Source: Narcine bancroftii
Taxonomy: Eukaryota
Length of the DNA: 64,000 nt
Reading direction: 5' to 3'
NCBI RefSeq assembly: GCF_036971445.1
Contig: NC_091473.1
Location: 206,026,001-206,090,000, forward strand
The notes under the pieces are model-generated. The model ran no database searches and was not told the origin of the DNA. It saw only the letters and a program-made list of their open reading frames with translations. Positions 1 through 11,689 of this stretch are shown one piece after another; the first letter of the stretch is position 1, and the number at the start of each line of letters is the position of its first letter. The position numbers and the translations under genes are program-made.

Positions 1-205
1 CCCCCCCAAGAAAACTACCAAAAGGTAGTAATCCCTAAACAAAATGTGGGTGTGCATCACCCACCAGTGCCTGAAGACTAATAGAACCTAGAACAAATCT
101 CTTCCACCCCAGCCGAACAAAAGAAATCTCAAAATTTCATAATAACATTTAAAAAAAAATAGGAATAAGAAGATTCTGCTATTCATTCAAGATGTTCCGA
201 ACTCG
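1..205 (-). mobile_element. L1/Tx1-clade LINE, inter-ORF spacer; continuation of the host element at 4789-6355
   Basis: Matches the inter-ORF region of the L1 at 15340-15545 (aactaccaaa..gtagtaatcc..caccagtg) and joins 4789 through the duplicated target site. Confidence 0.75.
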
Positions 206-459
206 GGGGCGTGGCAAGATGGCGTAAGGAACAGACGTGCCTTCCAGTCCTCTCCAGACTCTAACTTATTGTTTTGTCTTTAAGTGCACCTTAAAAAATT
301 TTTAAAATGTTTATAAATAGTATGAGGTGTTGAATTTATACCTGCTGATACATTTGTTAAAAGAAAGTAAAAGGAAACATCAACAGATTGTTAAAAAATT
401 ATATTTTCTGAAATTATCTGAGCCTGCTTGTTTACAAAAAAACCACGACTCAGCGTGAA

Positions 460-1800
460 ATGGATCCAGGAAAAGAAGCGAAGAATTTCGCCTTGGAGCT
501 CCGCTCTGAATCCGTAAATCTTTCTGAAGGTCGTTTTCAAGAGCCTTTAGAACAAAGGGCTGGCCGGATGCCAGTATTTCAAACAACGTCTACTGTTACT
601 GAGACTTTGACTGCTGAATTAGTTGGGGCGCCACCAGTTGGAGAGATAAAGAGTTGTTATTTGACTGCTATACCATCAGTTACAACAGCTCTTCCTGATA
701 CTGACGTAACGAAGCCTTTAAAGGAGGTTTGAATCAAAGATAACCCTGATCATCAGATTCCTGACACTTCTGGGGGGTCTGAGGCAGGGGCTTTTACACG
801 GAGTCAAACTGCAAGAAAAGCTACTAAATTAAAAGAAGGGATAGAAGGTCCTCTGATTCCACAAGAACAGCAGGATCCCACTATGTCTGGATCAACTGAT
901 GTTGATATACTTTTCAAGAGTCTTGAACATAAGATATTTCCTTCAATGATGCATTTAGGTGATTCTGTGCATAATCTTATTTCTAAGATTAATGCATTGG
1001 TGGATGTCAATACTCAACAGATAGCTGATTATGGAGATTTTAAAATCGAAACTATTGAAAGACTTGAGATGTGGGATCAAGGATTATCTGATGTACAAGA
1101 TCAATTGCAAGATGTAAATAAAACAATTGAAACGCTACAGATTCCGAATAAAAATTTAGTAAAAAAGGTTGATTATTTGGAGAACCAATCTAGACAGAAT
1201 AATGTGAAAATTTTTGGCTTGCCAAAAGGCATAGAAGGGCCAGATCCAAGAAAATTTTTTACTGAATGGATTCCAAAAGTGTTGGGACAAGATAAGTTTC
1301 CTGAAGGTTTAATATTGGAACGGGCTCGTAGAGCTTTGAGAAGGAAACCTTTTTCAGGACAGAATCCAAGAACTGTTTTGGTTCGCTGTTTAAATTACCA
1401 TGATAGAGAGACTATTTTACGTATGGCTATTAGAAATGCACAGCAAAACAGATCTCCTTTGTTGGTTCAGAGTAATCGTGTTTTCTTCTATCCGGATTTG
1501 TGTCAGGAAATTATGTTTCAACGACGTGAACTTAATTCTGTGAAAGAAGTATTGTGGAAAAAAGGATATAAGGCAAGATTTAGATACACTGCGGTACTGA
1601 AGATTTTTCAGGATGGATATCAACCAAAGTTCTTCGACAATCCTAAAGAAGCAATGGACTTTTCTCAGTCTTTACCAATTACACAATTCCAGGAACAACG
1701 TAGACCTCCACGGTCTCCAAAGAGGGAAGAGCTGCAAGAAGGGTATCTGATTTCTGGAAGAAATGGAAGAAACGGTGGTTGCAATGGCAAAGTTGATTAA
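460..1800 (+). pseudogene. L1 ORF1p (coiled coil, RRM, CTD) with one in-frame TGA at 730-732; 883-1800 is open
   Basis: LENQSRQNNVKIFGLPKGIEG, LERARRAL and RVFFYPDL motifs typical of L1 ORF1p; ORFs 460-732 and 883-1800 are in the same frame. Confidence 0.9.
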
Positions 1801-2040
1801 AAAAAATAGAAAAAAATATTTTTAATTATTTTTTGTTGAGAAGATTTTAAATAGTGATGGGAGTTTGGAGAGGGAACTGGGTGGGCACCAATTTCCAGAA
1901 GTCATCAGCTGCGTGCGAGCGACCTCACACCCAATATTTTGGGGGAGTTACCGCATTAGGTGGTTTAAACAGGAAGAGGTAATTGTGACCTCCGACCTCT
2001 TTTTTTAATTTTTGGCTTAGAGAGTGAAGCTTTTTTATTA

Positions 2041-2184
2041 NNNNNNNNNNNNNNNNNNNNNNNNNNNNNNNNNNNNNNNNNNNNNNNNNNNNNNNNNNNN
2101 NNNNNNNNNNNNNNNNNNNNNNNNNNNNNNNNNNNNNNNNNNNNNNNNNNNNNNNNNNNNNNNNNNNNNNNNNNNNNNNNNNNN
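2041..2184. other. Assembly gap; others at 20119-20284, 29773-29987, 39010-39236 and 58155-58296
   Basis: N runs. Confidence 1.
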
Positions 2185-2371
2185 TTTTGGAAGTTTTATC
2201 TCTTTTTTGTAAGTGGGTATTTTTTCATATATAATATTGTCAATTTTATTAACTCTTCACTCTTTAGTTTTGGGGGAGGGTTGGACTAATTTTAAGTTAA
2301 ACTATTAATATTTTGTTACAATTAACGGGGGAGTTATTTTGTGTAGTTTTCTGATGTAATATTGTAATCAT

Positions 2372-2580
2372 CCCGGACCAGGGCCGGGGCCGCTGCTGCT
2401 CTCTCTGTGCCCGGATTGGGGCGCCGCCTCCAACTCTCTGCCCGGATCGGGGCCTCCACCTGCCTCACTCGACCGAGGCCGGGGCCGCCGTCTCCCCATT
2501 GCTCCTGCCCGGATCGGGGCCGCCGCCGCCTACCCTTCACCCAGACCGGGGCCAGGGCCGCTGCTGCTCTCTCTGTGCCC
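2372..2580. repeat. GC-rich minisatellite-like array (core CCCGGATCGGGGCC), resuming at 3274-3399
   Basis: Repeated tgcccgga(t/c)(c/t)ggggcc units visible directly. Confidence 0.7.
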
Positions 2581-3028
2581 TGCGGTACTGAAGATTTTTC
2601 AGGATGGATATCAACCAAAGTTCTTCGACAATCCTAAAGAAGCAATGGACTTTTCTCAGTCTTTACCAATTACACAATTCCAGGAACAACGTAGACCTCC
2701 ACGGTCTCCAAAGAGGGCAGAGCTGCAAGAAGGGTATCTGATTTCTGGAAGAAATGGAAGAAACGGTGGTTGCAATGGCAAAGTTGATTAAAAAAAATAG
2801 AAAAAAATATTTTTAATTATTTTTTGTTGAGAAGATTTTAAATAGTGATGGGAGTTTGGAGAGGGAACTGGGTGGGCACCAATTTCCAGAAGTCATCAGC
2901 TGCGTGCGAGCGACCTCACACCCAATATTTTGGGGGAGTTACCGCATTAGGTGGTTTAAACAGGAAGAGGTAATTGTGACCTCCGACCTCTTTTTTTAAT
3001 TTTTGGCTTAGAGAGTGAAGCTTTTTAA
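2581..3028 (+). repeat. Near-identical second copy of about 1590-2037 (end of L1 ORF1 plus spacer)
   Basis: Direct comparison shows about one mismatch; lies next to an N gap. Confidence 0.9.
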
Positions 3029-3050
3029 TTATCTTTTTTAAATAATTAAT

Positions 3051-3080
<30 letters not shown>

Positions 3081-3083
<3 letters not shown>

Positions 3084-3273
3084 CTTCTTTGGCTTGGCTT
3101 CGCGGACGAAGATTTATGGAGGGGGTAAAAAGTCCACGTCAGCTGCAGGCTCGTTTGTGGCTGACCAGTCCGATGCGGGACAGGCAGACACGATTGCAGC
3201 GGTTGCAAGGGAAAATTGGTTGGTTGGGGTTGGGTGTTGGGTTTTTCCTCCTTTGCCTTTTGTCAGTGAGGTG
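3081..3273 (-). mobile_element. Short 5'-truncated RTE LINE 3' end
   Basis: Reverse complement of about 4492-4685 with several substitutions. Confidence 0.85.
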
Positions 3274-3399
3274 TGCCCGGACTGGGCCGCCACCTCCCAC
3301 TCTCTGCCCGGATCGGGGCCTCCGCCTGCCTCACTCGACCGAGGCCGGGGCCGCCGTCTCCCCCTTGCTCCTGCCCGGATCGGGGCCGTCGCCGCCGCC

Positions 3400-4692
3400 A
3401 AAGTTCCTCAACATGATTATCCAACTGCACGAAAACCAACAAGGTCGGGTCAGATACAGCAATGAGCTCTCTGAACCCTTCTCCATTAACAAAGCGTGAA
3501 GCAAGGCTGTGTTCTCGCACCAACCCTCTTTTCAATCTTCTTCAGCATGATGCTGAACCAAGCCATGAAAGACCCCAACAATGAAGACACTGTTTACATC
3601 CGGTACTGCACGGATGGCAGTCTTTTCAATCTGAGGCGCCTGCAAGCTCACACCAAGACACAAGAGACACTTGTCCGTGAACTACTCTTTGCAGACGATG
3701 CCACTTTAGTTGCCCATTCAGAGCCAGCTCTTCAGCGCTTGACGTCCTGCTTTGCGGAAACTGCCAAAATGTTTGGCCTGGAAGTCAGCCTGAAGAAAAC
3801 TGAGGTCCTCCATCAGCCAGCTCCCCACCATGACTACCAGCCCCCCCACATCTCCATCGGGCACACAAAACTCAAAACGGTCAACCAGTTTACCTATCTC
3901 GGCTGCAGCATTTCATCAGATGCAAGGATCGACAATGAGATAGACAACAGACTCGCCAAGGCAAATAGCGCCTTTGGAAGACTACACAAAAGAGTCTGGA
4001 AAAACAACCAACTGAAAAACCTCACAAAGATAAGCGTATACAGAGCCGTTGTCATACCCACACTCCTGTTCGGCTATGAATCATGGGTCCTCTACCGGCA
4101 TCACCTACGGCTCCTAGAACGCTTCCACCAGCGTTGTCTCCGCTCCATTCTCAACATCCATTGGAGCGCTTTCATCCCTAACGTCGAAGTACTCGAGATG
4201 GCAGAGGTCGACAGCATCGAGTCCACGCTGCTGAAGATCCAGCTGCGCTGGGTGGGTCACATCTCCAGAATGGAGGACTATCGCCTTCCCAAGATCGTGT
4301 TATATGGCGAGCTCTCCACTGGCCACCGTGACAGAGGTGCACCAAAGAAAAGGTTCAAGGACTGCCTAAAGAAATCTCTTGGTGCCTGCCACATTGACCA
4401 CTGCCAATGGGCTGATATCGCCTCCAACTGTGCATCTTTGCGCCTCACAGTTCGGCGGGCAGCAGCCTCCTTTGAAGAAGACCGCAGAGCCCACCTCACT
4501 GACAAAAGGCAAAGTAGGAAAAATCCAACACCCAACCCCAACCAACCAATTTTCCCCTGCAGCCGCTGCAACCGTGTCTGCCTGTCCCACATCGGACTTG
4601 TCAGCCACAAACGAGCCTGCAGCTGACGTGGACTTTTACCCCCTCCATAAATCTTCGTCTGCGAAGCCAAGCCAAAGAGAGAAGAGAAGAAG
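3400..4692 (+). mobile_element. 5'-truncated RTE-clade LINE (RT plus C-terminal Cys/His finger; ORF 3496-4626)
   Basis: KQGCVLAPTLF, LLFADD, FTYLG and C-terminal CSRCNRVCLSHIGLVSHKRAC; GAA-rich tail; 11-bp direct repeat attgtaatcat at 2361-2371 and 4693-4703 flanks the whole inserted block. Confidence 0.9.
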
Positions 4693-4788
4693 ATTGTAAT
4701 CATACCTTTTTATTTTTTTTCTATTTTTCTTTAAATGTAATTCTTTATTGTATTCATGTTATAAAATTTTAAATAAAGTCTTAAAAAA

Positions 4789-6355
4789 AAGATGTTCCAA
4801 ACTCGAACATCACATTTAAAAAGAAGTTGGACTCTTTCCATTACCGTTTTCCCCATTTCTACCATTTCTTCCATTTCCAGAACAACCAGATTTTTCTTTA
4901 GGAGACAGTGGTGGGCTACGTCTTTGTCCTCTTATATCAGGCAATGGATCAGCAAAAATTATTGCTTCATGATCATCCTCAATAAACCGAGATTGATAGC
5001 CTCCATGAAACACCTTCAACACTGCCGGAAAGCGAAAAGTAGACTTATAACCTTTACGCCACAAAACTTCTTTAACTGGATTAAATCGACGTCAATGTTG
5101 AATGACCTCTTGATTCAAATCAGGGTAGAAAACAAACTCAGCTATTCTGAATCAATAATGGAGTTTGTCATTTTCTCACATTTTGTACCACCAGTCGAAG
5201 TATTGCTCCTCTTTCCAAATAAATGAAATATTTCCGTGGCTGACCAGATAAAGGTGATCTCCGTAAAGTTCTATGAGCTCTTTCCAATACCAAGCTTTCA
5301 GAAAAAAAATTCTTGCCCTAATACTTGTGGGATCTAATCTGTAAAAAAAACGAAGAGGAGCTTGTCCTTCCATACCTTCTGGCAAACCAACAATTTTCAC
5401 ATTATTCCTTCTGCTTTGATTCTCCAAATAGTCTATTTTTCCCTCTAACTCCTTCTCACGTTCTCGCAAACCTATAATGGATTTTTCAACCTTCAAAACC
5501 TTTTCTGTATTAGAAGCCACTTGTTGTTGACATTCCAAAAAAAAACACTGAATTAAAAAAATTCACAAGCTGCCTCTAGACGTGTTTTAACTGTATTCAA
5601 TTCTGAACTTATCCTTTGAGCCAACTCATTCATTATAGGCTAAATGGCAGCATTTAACTGGTTACATTGCAATTCAGCAAAGCTCAGCCCTGTTTTCTCT
5701 AACGTCGTGGCAGAACCAGGTAACTGCTGCTCCTGCTGCAACTCAACAATCGGCAGGTTACCAGTCTTACTGCGGGTCTGGACTCCCAGCGACGGCACCC
5801 CGACTTCCTCAGGGGGTCGACGCTGGTCTCTTTCCGCAGCTCGGCGTTTTTTCAAACAATCACGGAAAAGGTCGATTTCTTCAGGTTGGAGTACCTCCTG
5901 AAGCATTTCAAGCAATGGAGTCGTCTTCCTGCGTTTTCCCTCCGTTAAAATCGGCAGGCTGCCAGAATCGGAATCCACTGTATGGGAACACACACCTTCT
6001 TCCAGAGAACGGGTAATTCCAGCGCTGTCCTTCACTTGGTGAGTAGCAGACATTTTTGTTCAGCTCCCACAGGCAAGCTTTGGAGTTTAGGCACTGAAGA
6101 AATGAAACCTGAGGCTTTAGCAAGTTGTTTAGGCCCCAAATCTTCAGTACTTCGAAAATGTAATTTCTTCTGCACTTGAGGATTAATCTTTTTTTTTACC
6201 ATTAATGGCCATAATAATTCCTTAGTACTTTGAACTAAAATTTAAGAAGTTTAAAGTTGAAAACAAAGGGTTAGAAAACGGGTGCTTAAGAGTTCGGCCA
6301 GAGAGGTCGAGATGACACGTTTATATTCAAGCCATCTTGCCACGTGCCCGCCCCG
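4789..6355 (-). mobile_element. L1/Tx1-clade LINE 5' portion with frameshifted ORF1
   Basis: ORF pieces YLENQSRRNNVKIVGLPEG (5176-5538) and WRKGYKSTFRFPAVLK (4816-5064); 5' motif rc GCACGTGGCAAGATGGC near 6331-6348. Confidence 0.9.
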
Positions 6356-6356
6356 G

Positions 6357-7317
6357 TTTGTTCCACTACATTTGGCTAAAGGATCGATGGATGTTTCATA
6401 TGTACAGATCCATTTAGATTCGCCGTCAGAATCAGCGGTCTCTCGTCTTAATGTTGACACCGTGGCCGCTCACATCAACGATCTCGCTAAATTCTTTGAC
6501 TTCAAATAGGAATGCTATCTGATGTTTGCAGATGTATTGTCCATCCAACCCGCTGTTTGTCAGTTCTTGGTGCAGCAGAGTAGTAGGGTGATTGATTGAC
6601 ATTGGTGTGGCTGCGTTTGATTTGGCAGATGTTATTTATACTCACCCATGAAATACTATGTGGTGCAGATTTGGGATTACTCCTCCTTTCCTATTGCTAT
6701 CTGCAAGCATGAATTGTAGAATTGAAGTCATTATAAATATTAACGTTGAAGATGAAAATCTCTACCATACTGCTTTTGTGGAATGGGGCTGTCAGGACTG
6801 AATGGACCTTGAAGTAAACAGAAATGAAGTCTTTAGATGGAGTACAGTGGGTAGCGTCATTGGCGGGCGCAATGAAATAAAGGATTCTGGGTGTGCATAC
6901 ATTCTGTGGCAGGCAGTAAGGTCAAAGATACAAGATATGAAGGGACTGATTCATGTTATTATGGTAATGGCCTTGGTTAAAGGCCTTGATCAGGCTGAAA
7001 AGCATTTGGCTGCTGTCAATATTTTTTTTGCATTGGATGTTATGTGATGGGAATATATCGAAAGCGAAGTAGGTGGGTACGAAATGCATAATTATAGTCA
7101 TCAGTACATTGACATCCTATAACTTTGAAGGCATGAGTTTAAGTTAGATGCTGCCATGCATTAAGAATATGAAATGCTGTTCGTGGATGAAAGGCTACTA
7201 GTAATTTGCTTTATAAACGATTAACGAAGAAGAGTCTAATAAAATTATATTGCTGCATAAACGATTTCAGTACATGAAATAAAAACGTGTTTCATTACAT
7301 AGTCTATTGTCTCCGAA
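6357..7317 (+). repeat. Locus-specific duplicated block upstream of V1, paralogous to about 63037-63970; possibly an ancient LINE RT relic
   Basis: Colinear high similarity over about 950 bp; ORFs 6802-7047 and 63458-63664 are near-identical, and LDQAEK resembles LINE RT LDxEKAFD. Confidence 0.85.
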
Positions 7318-8399
7318 ATCTTGGTCAATGAAATAAACAACACAAGTTTATGAGAAATTAGATATTTTCTTGCCACAGGACATCATGTCAAGGGTACCTG
7401 CGAGTAGAATGTTTACTACATACTCAGACCGATCGGCAACCTCTGTGTTGTTTATTTCATATTTTGAATGTGAATTCAATCTCAACCCAAGTTTCATCTC
7501 AAACCGATTACACGCTTCTTAAAGCCGAGACATCAAGGCATACGGGCTCATGCTGAATAAGGCGATGATCACTGATTCGGTTATCCATTTCATTGAGAGA
7601 ACATGGAAACGTTATCGATATACGACATGACTTTACAAAACAAAATAATAAAAAAGGAATTCCAACAAGGAACAAATAAACTGCTGCCCCCGGTATTTTT
7701 ATAGTGCACAAAGAGAAATCGGGTGACCCAGGGAGTCAGGCAGAATGCATGGACAGAAATGGTCAACAAACACATCAGATCATAGCTCTTTGCACTGAAT
7801 CAATTATTGGTTCCGATCAATAATTTTCACTGCCCATTGTAATGTACTGATGTTGAATAAACCGCTGAGTTCCTTCAGCTGTCTCCGTTTACTCCATAGT
7901 TCCCAGGACCGCCCAATAGAGTGCGATCTCGTTCTCCGAGATGCAAGGTAGAGGCAAGGAGGATTTACATCTTCTCCGCTATTCCACATATAATAGTTGA
8001 TAACGGACGTAATTTTAATGCTCGACACCAATTATTAAACACGAATATTACGCCCGAGTCCACTACTTTGTGGACGTAATTCTTGATCATAATAGCCAGA
8101 TAAATAACTGATGCCGAAGGACAGTCGTCCAAGTATTTACAACTCTTCGTGCTGTCTCCTGATCGAATCGTTGTGTATGTTTCGCATCCACCACTTGGTT
8201 TCAGGCTTAACAACAAGATGTTATATCGACTTAATCTTTCACACAAGTGAGTATTGGAACGTTTCCCCACTCTTTCACATTCTGCTTCGTTGCCAGTTTG
8301 GAAGAAATAATGTACTTCCCATCAGACCCAACTGGAACGCCATGAAATGGCAGACAAAGAAACTTTAAGTTGATTGGTGAAATGGAGGAACAAATGAGG

Positions 8400-8530
8400 A
8401 ACAGGTGGGGGCGGCGAGGGTGAGAAGATCTTTGTTCTGAGCGGATGTCACACTGTCACTCACGCGAGAGACCAGATTTCACAGCACGTTTTTTCGTGCA
8501 TTCAATTTAAAAAAAAAATTCTGAGTCAGT
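8400..8530 (+). promoter_or_regulatory. Putative V1 promoter
   Basis: E-box CAGGTG at 8402, GC box, CRE-like GATGTCA near 8444 and AP-1 TGAGTCA at 8522-8528, just upstream of the leader ATG; motif and position inference only. Confidence 0.35.
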
Positions 8531-8568
8531 GCGATTCAGGTCAAATTCTCCCGAGGCACACCTTCGCG

Positions 8569-8620
8569 ATGTTATCTCTGTCTACTTATTTGCTTCTTAC
8601 TGCAGTTGCTCTTTACACCG
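8569..8620 (+). CDS. TRAV/TRDV: TCR V1 leader exon (MLSLSTYLLLTAVALYT-G)
   Basis: ATG plus hydrophobic signal peptide, 52 nt (phase 1), followed by a GTAAGT donor at 8621; splices in frame to 9100. Confidence 0.85.
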
Positions 8621-9099
8621 GTAAGTTTACGGCATTTCCGAAATCGCGCTTTATTCCGCTGCTGCAATGGATATTTAATTAGTGAATTTCATGCATAAAC
8701 CGAAAGATTGGAAATGAGAAAAACTCAGAATCGACAATTCAGTTCTTTGTTGAGCAATGTCCGAGAGGTAAAGAGAATATTCATGTCAATTTAAGCAGAC
8801 CTTCTGCTCTCCTTTGGGAATGGTCACACTGGTACGACACGCCTGTCAGACTGGCGATTATACTCCTGTTCATAAGACTTAAGGTGAACGTGAAGATGAT
8901 GAAGGAGAGGATGGATATTAAGGAAAGGCAATGTCGTTCATTCCTCCATGTCGCTACCTTCTCTTGAAGCGTCATTTCATTTCTATTTATTCTTTTTAAT
9001 CTCAGACGAGTACGCGGATGGTAGCAGTTCTGGAAAATGAGCGCGGTTAGATGATATTGGTGGTATTGGTAGATTCATGTTCTCCTCGGTATATTTCAG

Positions 9100-9403
9100 G
9101 ACATTGTGGAGGCGACGCCGTGTCTCAGACACCAAGTACGATCACAGTGACTGAAGGAATTGGCGCGAATTTGAATTGCAACTATACAACAAGCACAAGC
9201 ACCCCTGTATTAATATGGTACCGCATGTATCCAGGAAGATCACTCGACTTTTTGTTGATTAGAAGGCAATTTGACAGTGGGGGAAAACAAATTCCCGGTG
9301 AACGTTTCTCGGCGGAGCTCGATCATTCGAAGGGAATGGTTCCTCTGAAAATTTCTGCAACGCAGCTGGGAGACGCCGCAATGTATTATTGTGCTCTGAG
9401 CCC
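9100..9403 (+). CDS. TRAV/TRDV: T-cell receptor alpha/delta variable exon V1, apparently functional
   Basis: TTTCAG acceptor; DAVSQTP..LNCNY..LIWYRMYPG..RFSAELD..VPLKISATQLGDAAMYYCALSP with conserved Cys, Trp and YYC; no stops. Confidence 0.92.
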
Positions 9404-9442
9404 CACAGAGGTACGGAACTGAGCTGAGACTGTACAACAACT
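9404..9442 (+). other. 23-RSS of V1
   Basis: Heptamer CACAGAG 9404-9410, exactly 23-bp spacer, nonamer ACAACAACT 9434-9442. Confidence 0.9.
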
Positions 9443-10269
9443 AACAGATCATCTCGCCGCGTATCAACGTGTGACAATGAAGCTTTGAAAAATTATTTGC
9501 TGCTCCGTCCATGTGCCATAACACAAATGTGAGGCTTGCGGTGATTATCTAATTTTGTGCGACTGAAAAAATTAGCTTAATCAAATAACAGATACAATTT
9601 ACTGTCATGTAATAAAACAGAATTTGAATGTTAAACTGCCTTAAGGTGGAGAAATGTTTTCCCTTAGCATTACCATTGCTCGGAACCCGAGTGGCCGTGC
9701 ACACCTGCAGCCTCTGAGACCGCACAATATTCCAGTTCAGTATAAACGATCGACAAAAGGCACCCAAATCCAAACATCGAGCCCAATGAGGAAGCCTAAA
9801 GCCCCAAGGTTCCTTCGAGAGTGCTCATTGTCGTTAGTATCACCTTAAATCCTTATTCCGAAAACCGCTCCTCAGCAGCATCCTGCAGCTGGTGTGAGTC
9901 TTTTTGCCTAGAGTCGGATGCAGCCTGTGTGCTTTCAACGCCTTTCAATCGCTAAGAGACCGCCACATGCTTGTGTTGTAGAGGCCATCGCTGGCCGTCA
10001 TGAATGTAATTTTCCTTCTGTCGTATCCTCTGAATCTCCGCCTCAACGGGTATGTTCATCCCGTTACTGATGTCCTGCACCAGCCATTCCTCTCGCTGAG
10101 TCTGAAATCCCACGTAACCATCACCGGACACATTGGTTCCAGACTCCGCGGTCGCAGATACCAAATTAAACCACTGTCGATTCATTTTTCAGGCCACTAT
10201 AAGCCTGGATCGAGCCGTCGCTCCAGAATTGAGTGCTAGAAAACCACAGATCAGCAGGTGAGCAGCGCG

Positions 10270-11650
10270 GCCATTATAGCAGTGCCGCCATTACTTCTAA
10301 TTCTGCGCCTACAGTCCCTTGGCCAGATTAGTTCTCTGGCTTTGAAAAAAATAGACAGAACTCTCTTTTTGCCTCGCTCCTTTACTCATCCGAGGTATTC
10401 TCTTGTTCCGAACCCTTGACATTGGGATGAATTTCTCTCTTTAAATTAAAGCTATTACCGTTTTAGTATAACCCGACTCAACACTTTGAACATCCATTCT
10501 ATCCTGTTTCACCTGTTTACGCACCTTTGAAATTTGCATCCAGATTTCACTTTTATTTACTTGAAATGCCTATCATGTATTAACCTCTCTGTGATAAAGC
10601 ATCACAAGTGACATTTTCTGCAACTGAAATCTAACTTTGCAGAGCAATAGACCCCAAACACAGGTGACGTGTGTTTGGCTGCAATGGTACCGCAAGGACG
10701 TGAATATGAATCGTCACCACATCCTGATTCGGTGCATAGAGGAAATGGATAGGAAACATTTCAGGCGCAGTTTAAGACATGTTAGACATAGATAGTGCAG
10801 CATATTGGCCATTTAAATAGATATTGGCAAATCATTCTCATTCTCAATGCTATGAGACTTTGGGTGTTCATTTCATTTGTAAGGAAAATGCAGTACCCCT
10901 TTGATAGAAGGAGAAGTATTTATCTAAATTAACTAAATTCGGAAACCTCTTGGTCCTGTTCAAGCTTTGCCACCTCTTGCTGCCTCTATCTTTGACTGTG
11001 TATAGACCTACCAATGCTTCGGAGAAGGTGCCAATATTTGTAAATACCTATTTCAAACAGGTCACAGTCGGAACGCGCCCGCCCCACCACCGTCCGACAA
11101 AATATATATGAGATTTAAAATAGGAATACTCCACTCAGCCTCGCTGTTGAGCTCCTGGAATGGGTCTCGCATCTGGTCAGCGAAAATTCCTTTCTCTGTT
11201 TTGACTCTGTTATCCCCATAGCTTGCATTTTTATTTGTACTATTACACACTGCTCATATTAAACAAAAATGTGACACTTACACTGCGGTTATGTTTTATT
11301 ATTGCATTACCTGGTGAAAATTATGTGTGTTGGCTTGTCTAGAGAGGAGGCAAAACAAAACCATTCAGCTGAAATGACACTGAACAATTAAATGTCGTTT
11401 TCCGTGTCCATTTTGGTTACATAAGGATAATGTAAAGAAAGATGTACCAAATATTATGCTTGAACACTATTTTAAAATGTGGCATTCTGATTTGAAATGA
11501 GGATGGCCGAATGTTATAAGGATCAGTTTCACTGCAATAGATGCTTCAAAATCTTGCATCTATCGAAACTTCTCTTTGGATCAACATATTAAACTGAAGC
11601 GAAAGTATACGTGTGATTCATAAGCTGAGAAAAGGTATTTCCTTTAATTT
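10270..11650 (+). repeat. Duplicated block downstream of V1, paralogous to about 22290-23620
   Basis: Shared colinear anchors such as cttctaattctgcgc, gtgaatatgaatc, tatttatctaa.ttaactaaat, aaaaatgtgacac. Confidence 0.75.
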
Positions 11651-11689
11651 ATCTTTCTGTTTCACGCCCATATATGTCCGCCTTAAATC

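Larger units (their letters stand above)
206..4790 (+). mobile_element. L1-like element with 5' end, ORF1, 3' UTR, AATAAA and A-tail; no ORF2 visible
   Basis: Starts GGGGCGTGGCAAGATGGCG, a motif shared with the 5' ends of the other two L1s; AATAAA at 4772-4777; A-tail 4783-4790; 17-bp TSD aagatgttcc(g/a)aactcg at 189-205 and 4789-4805. Confidence 0.85.

Noticed and set aside
2372-3399. GC-rich repeated units as a CRISPR-like array
   Set aside because: Vertebrate context, irregular degenerate units, no unique spacers and no cas genes.
6802-7047. ORF conserved between 6.8 kb and 63.5 kb as a small gene
   Set aside because: Similarity is explained by the segmental duplication; stop positions differ and the residues resemble a decayed LINE RT.
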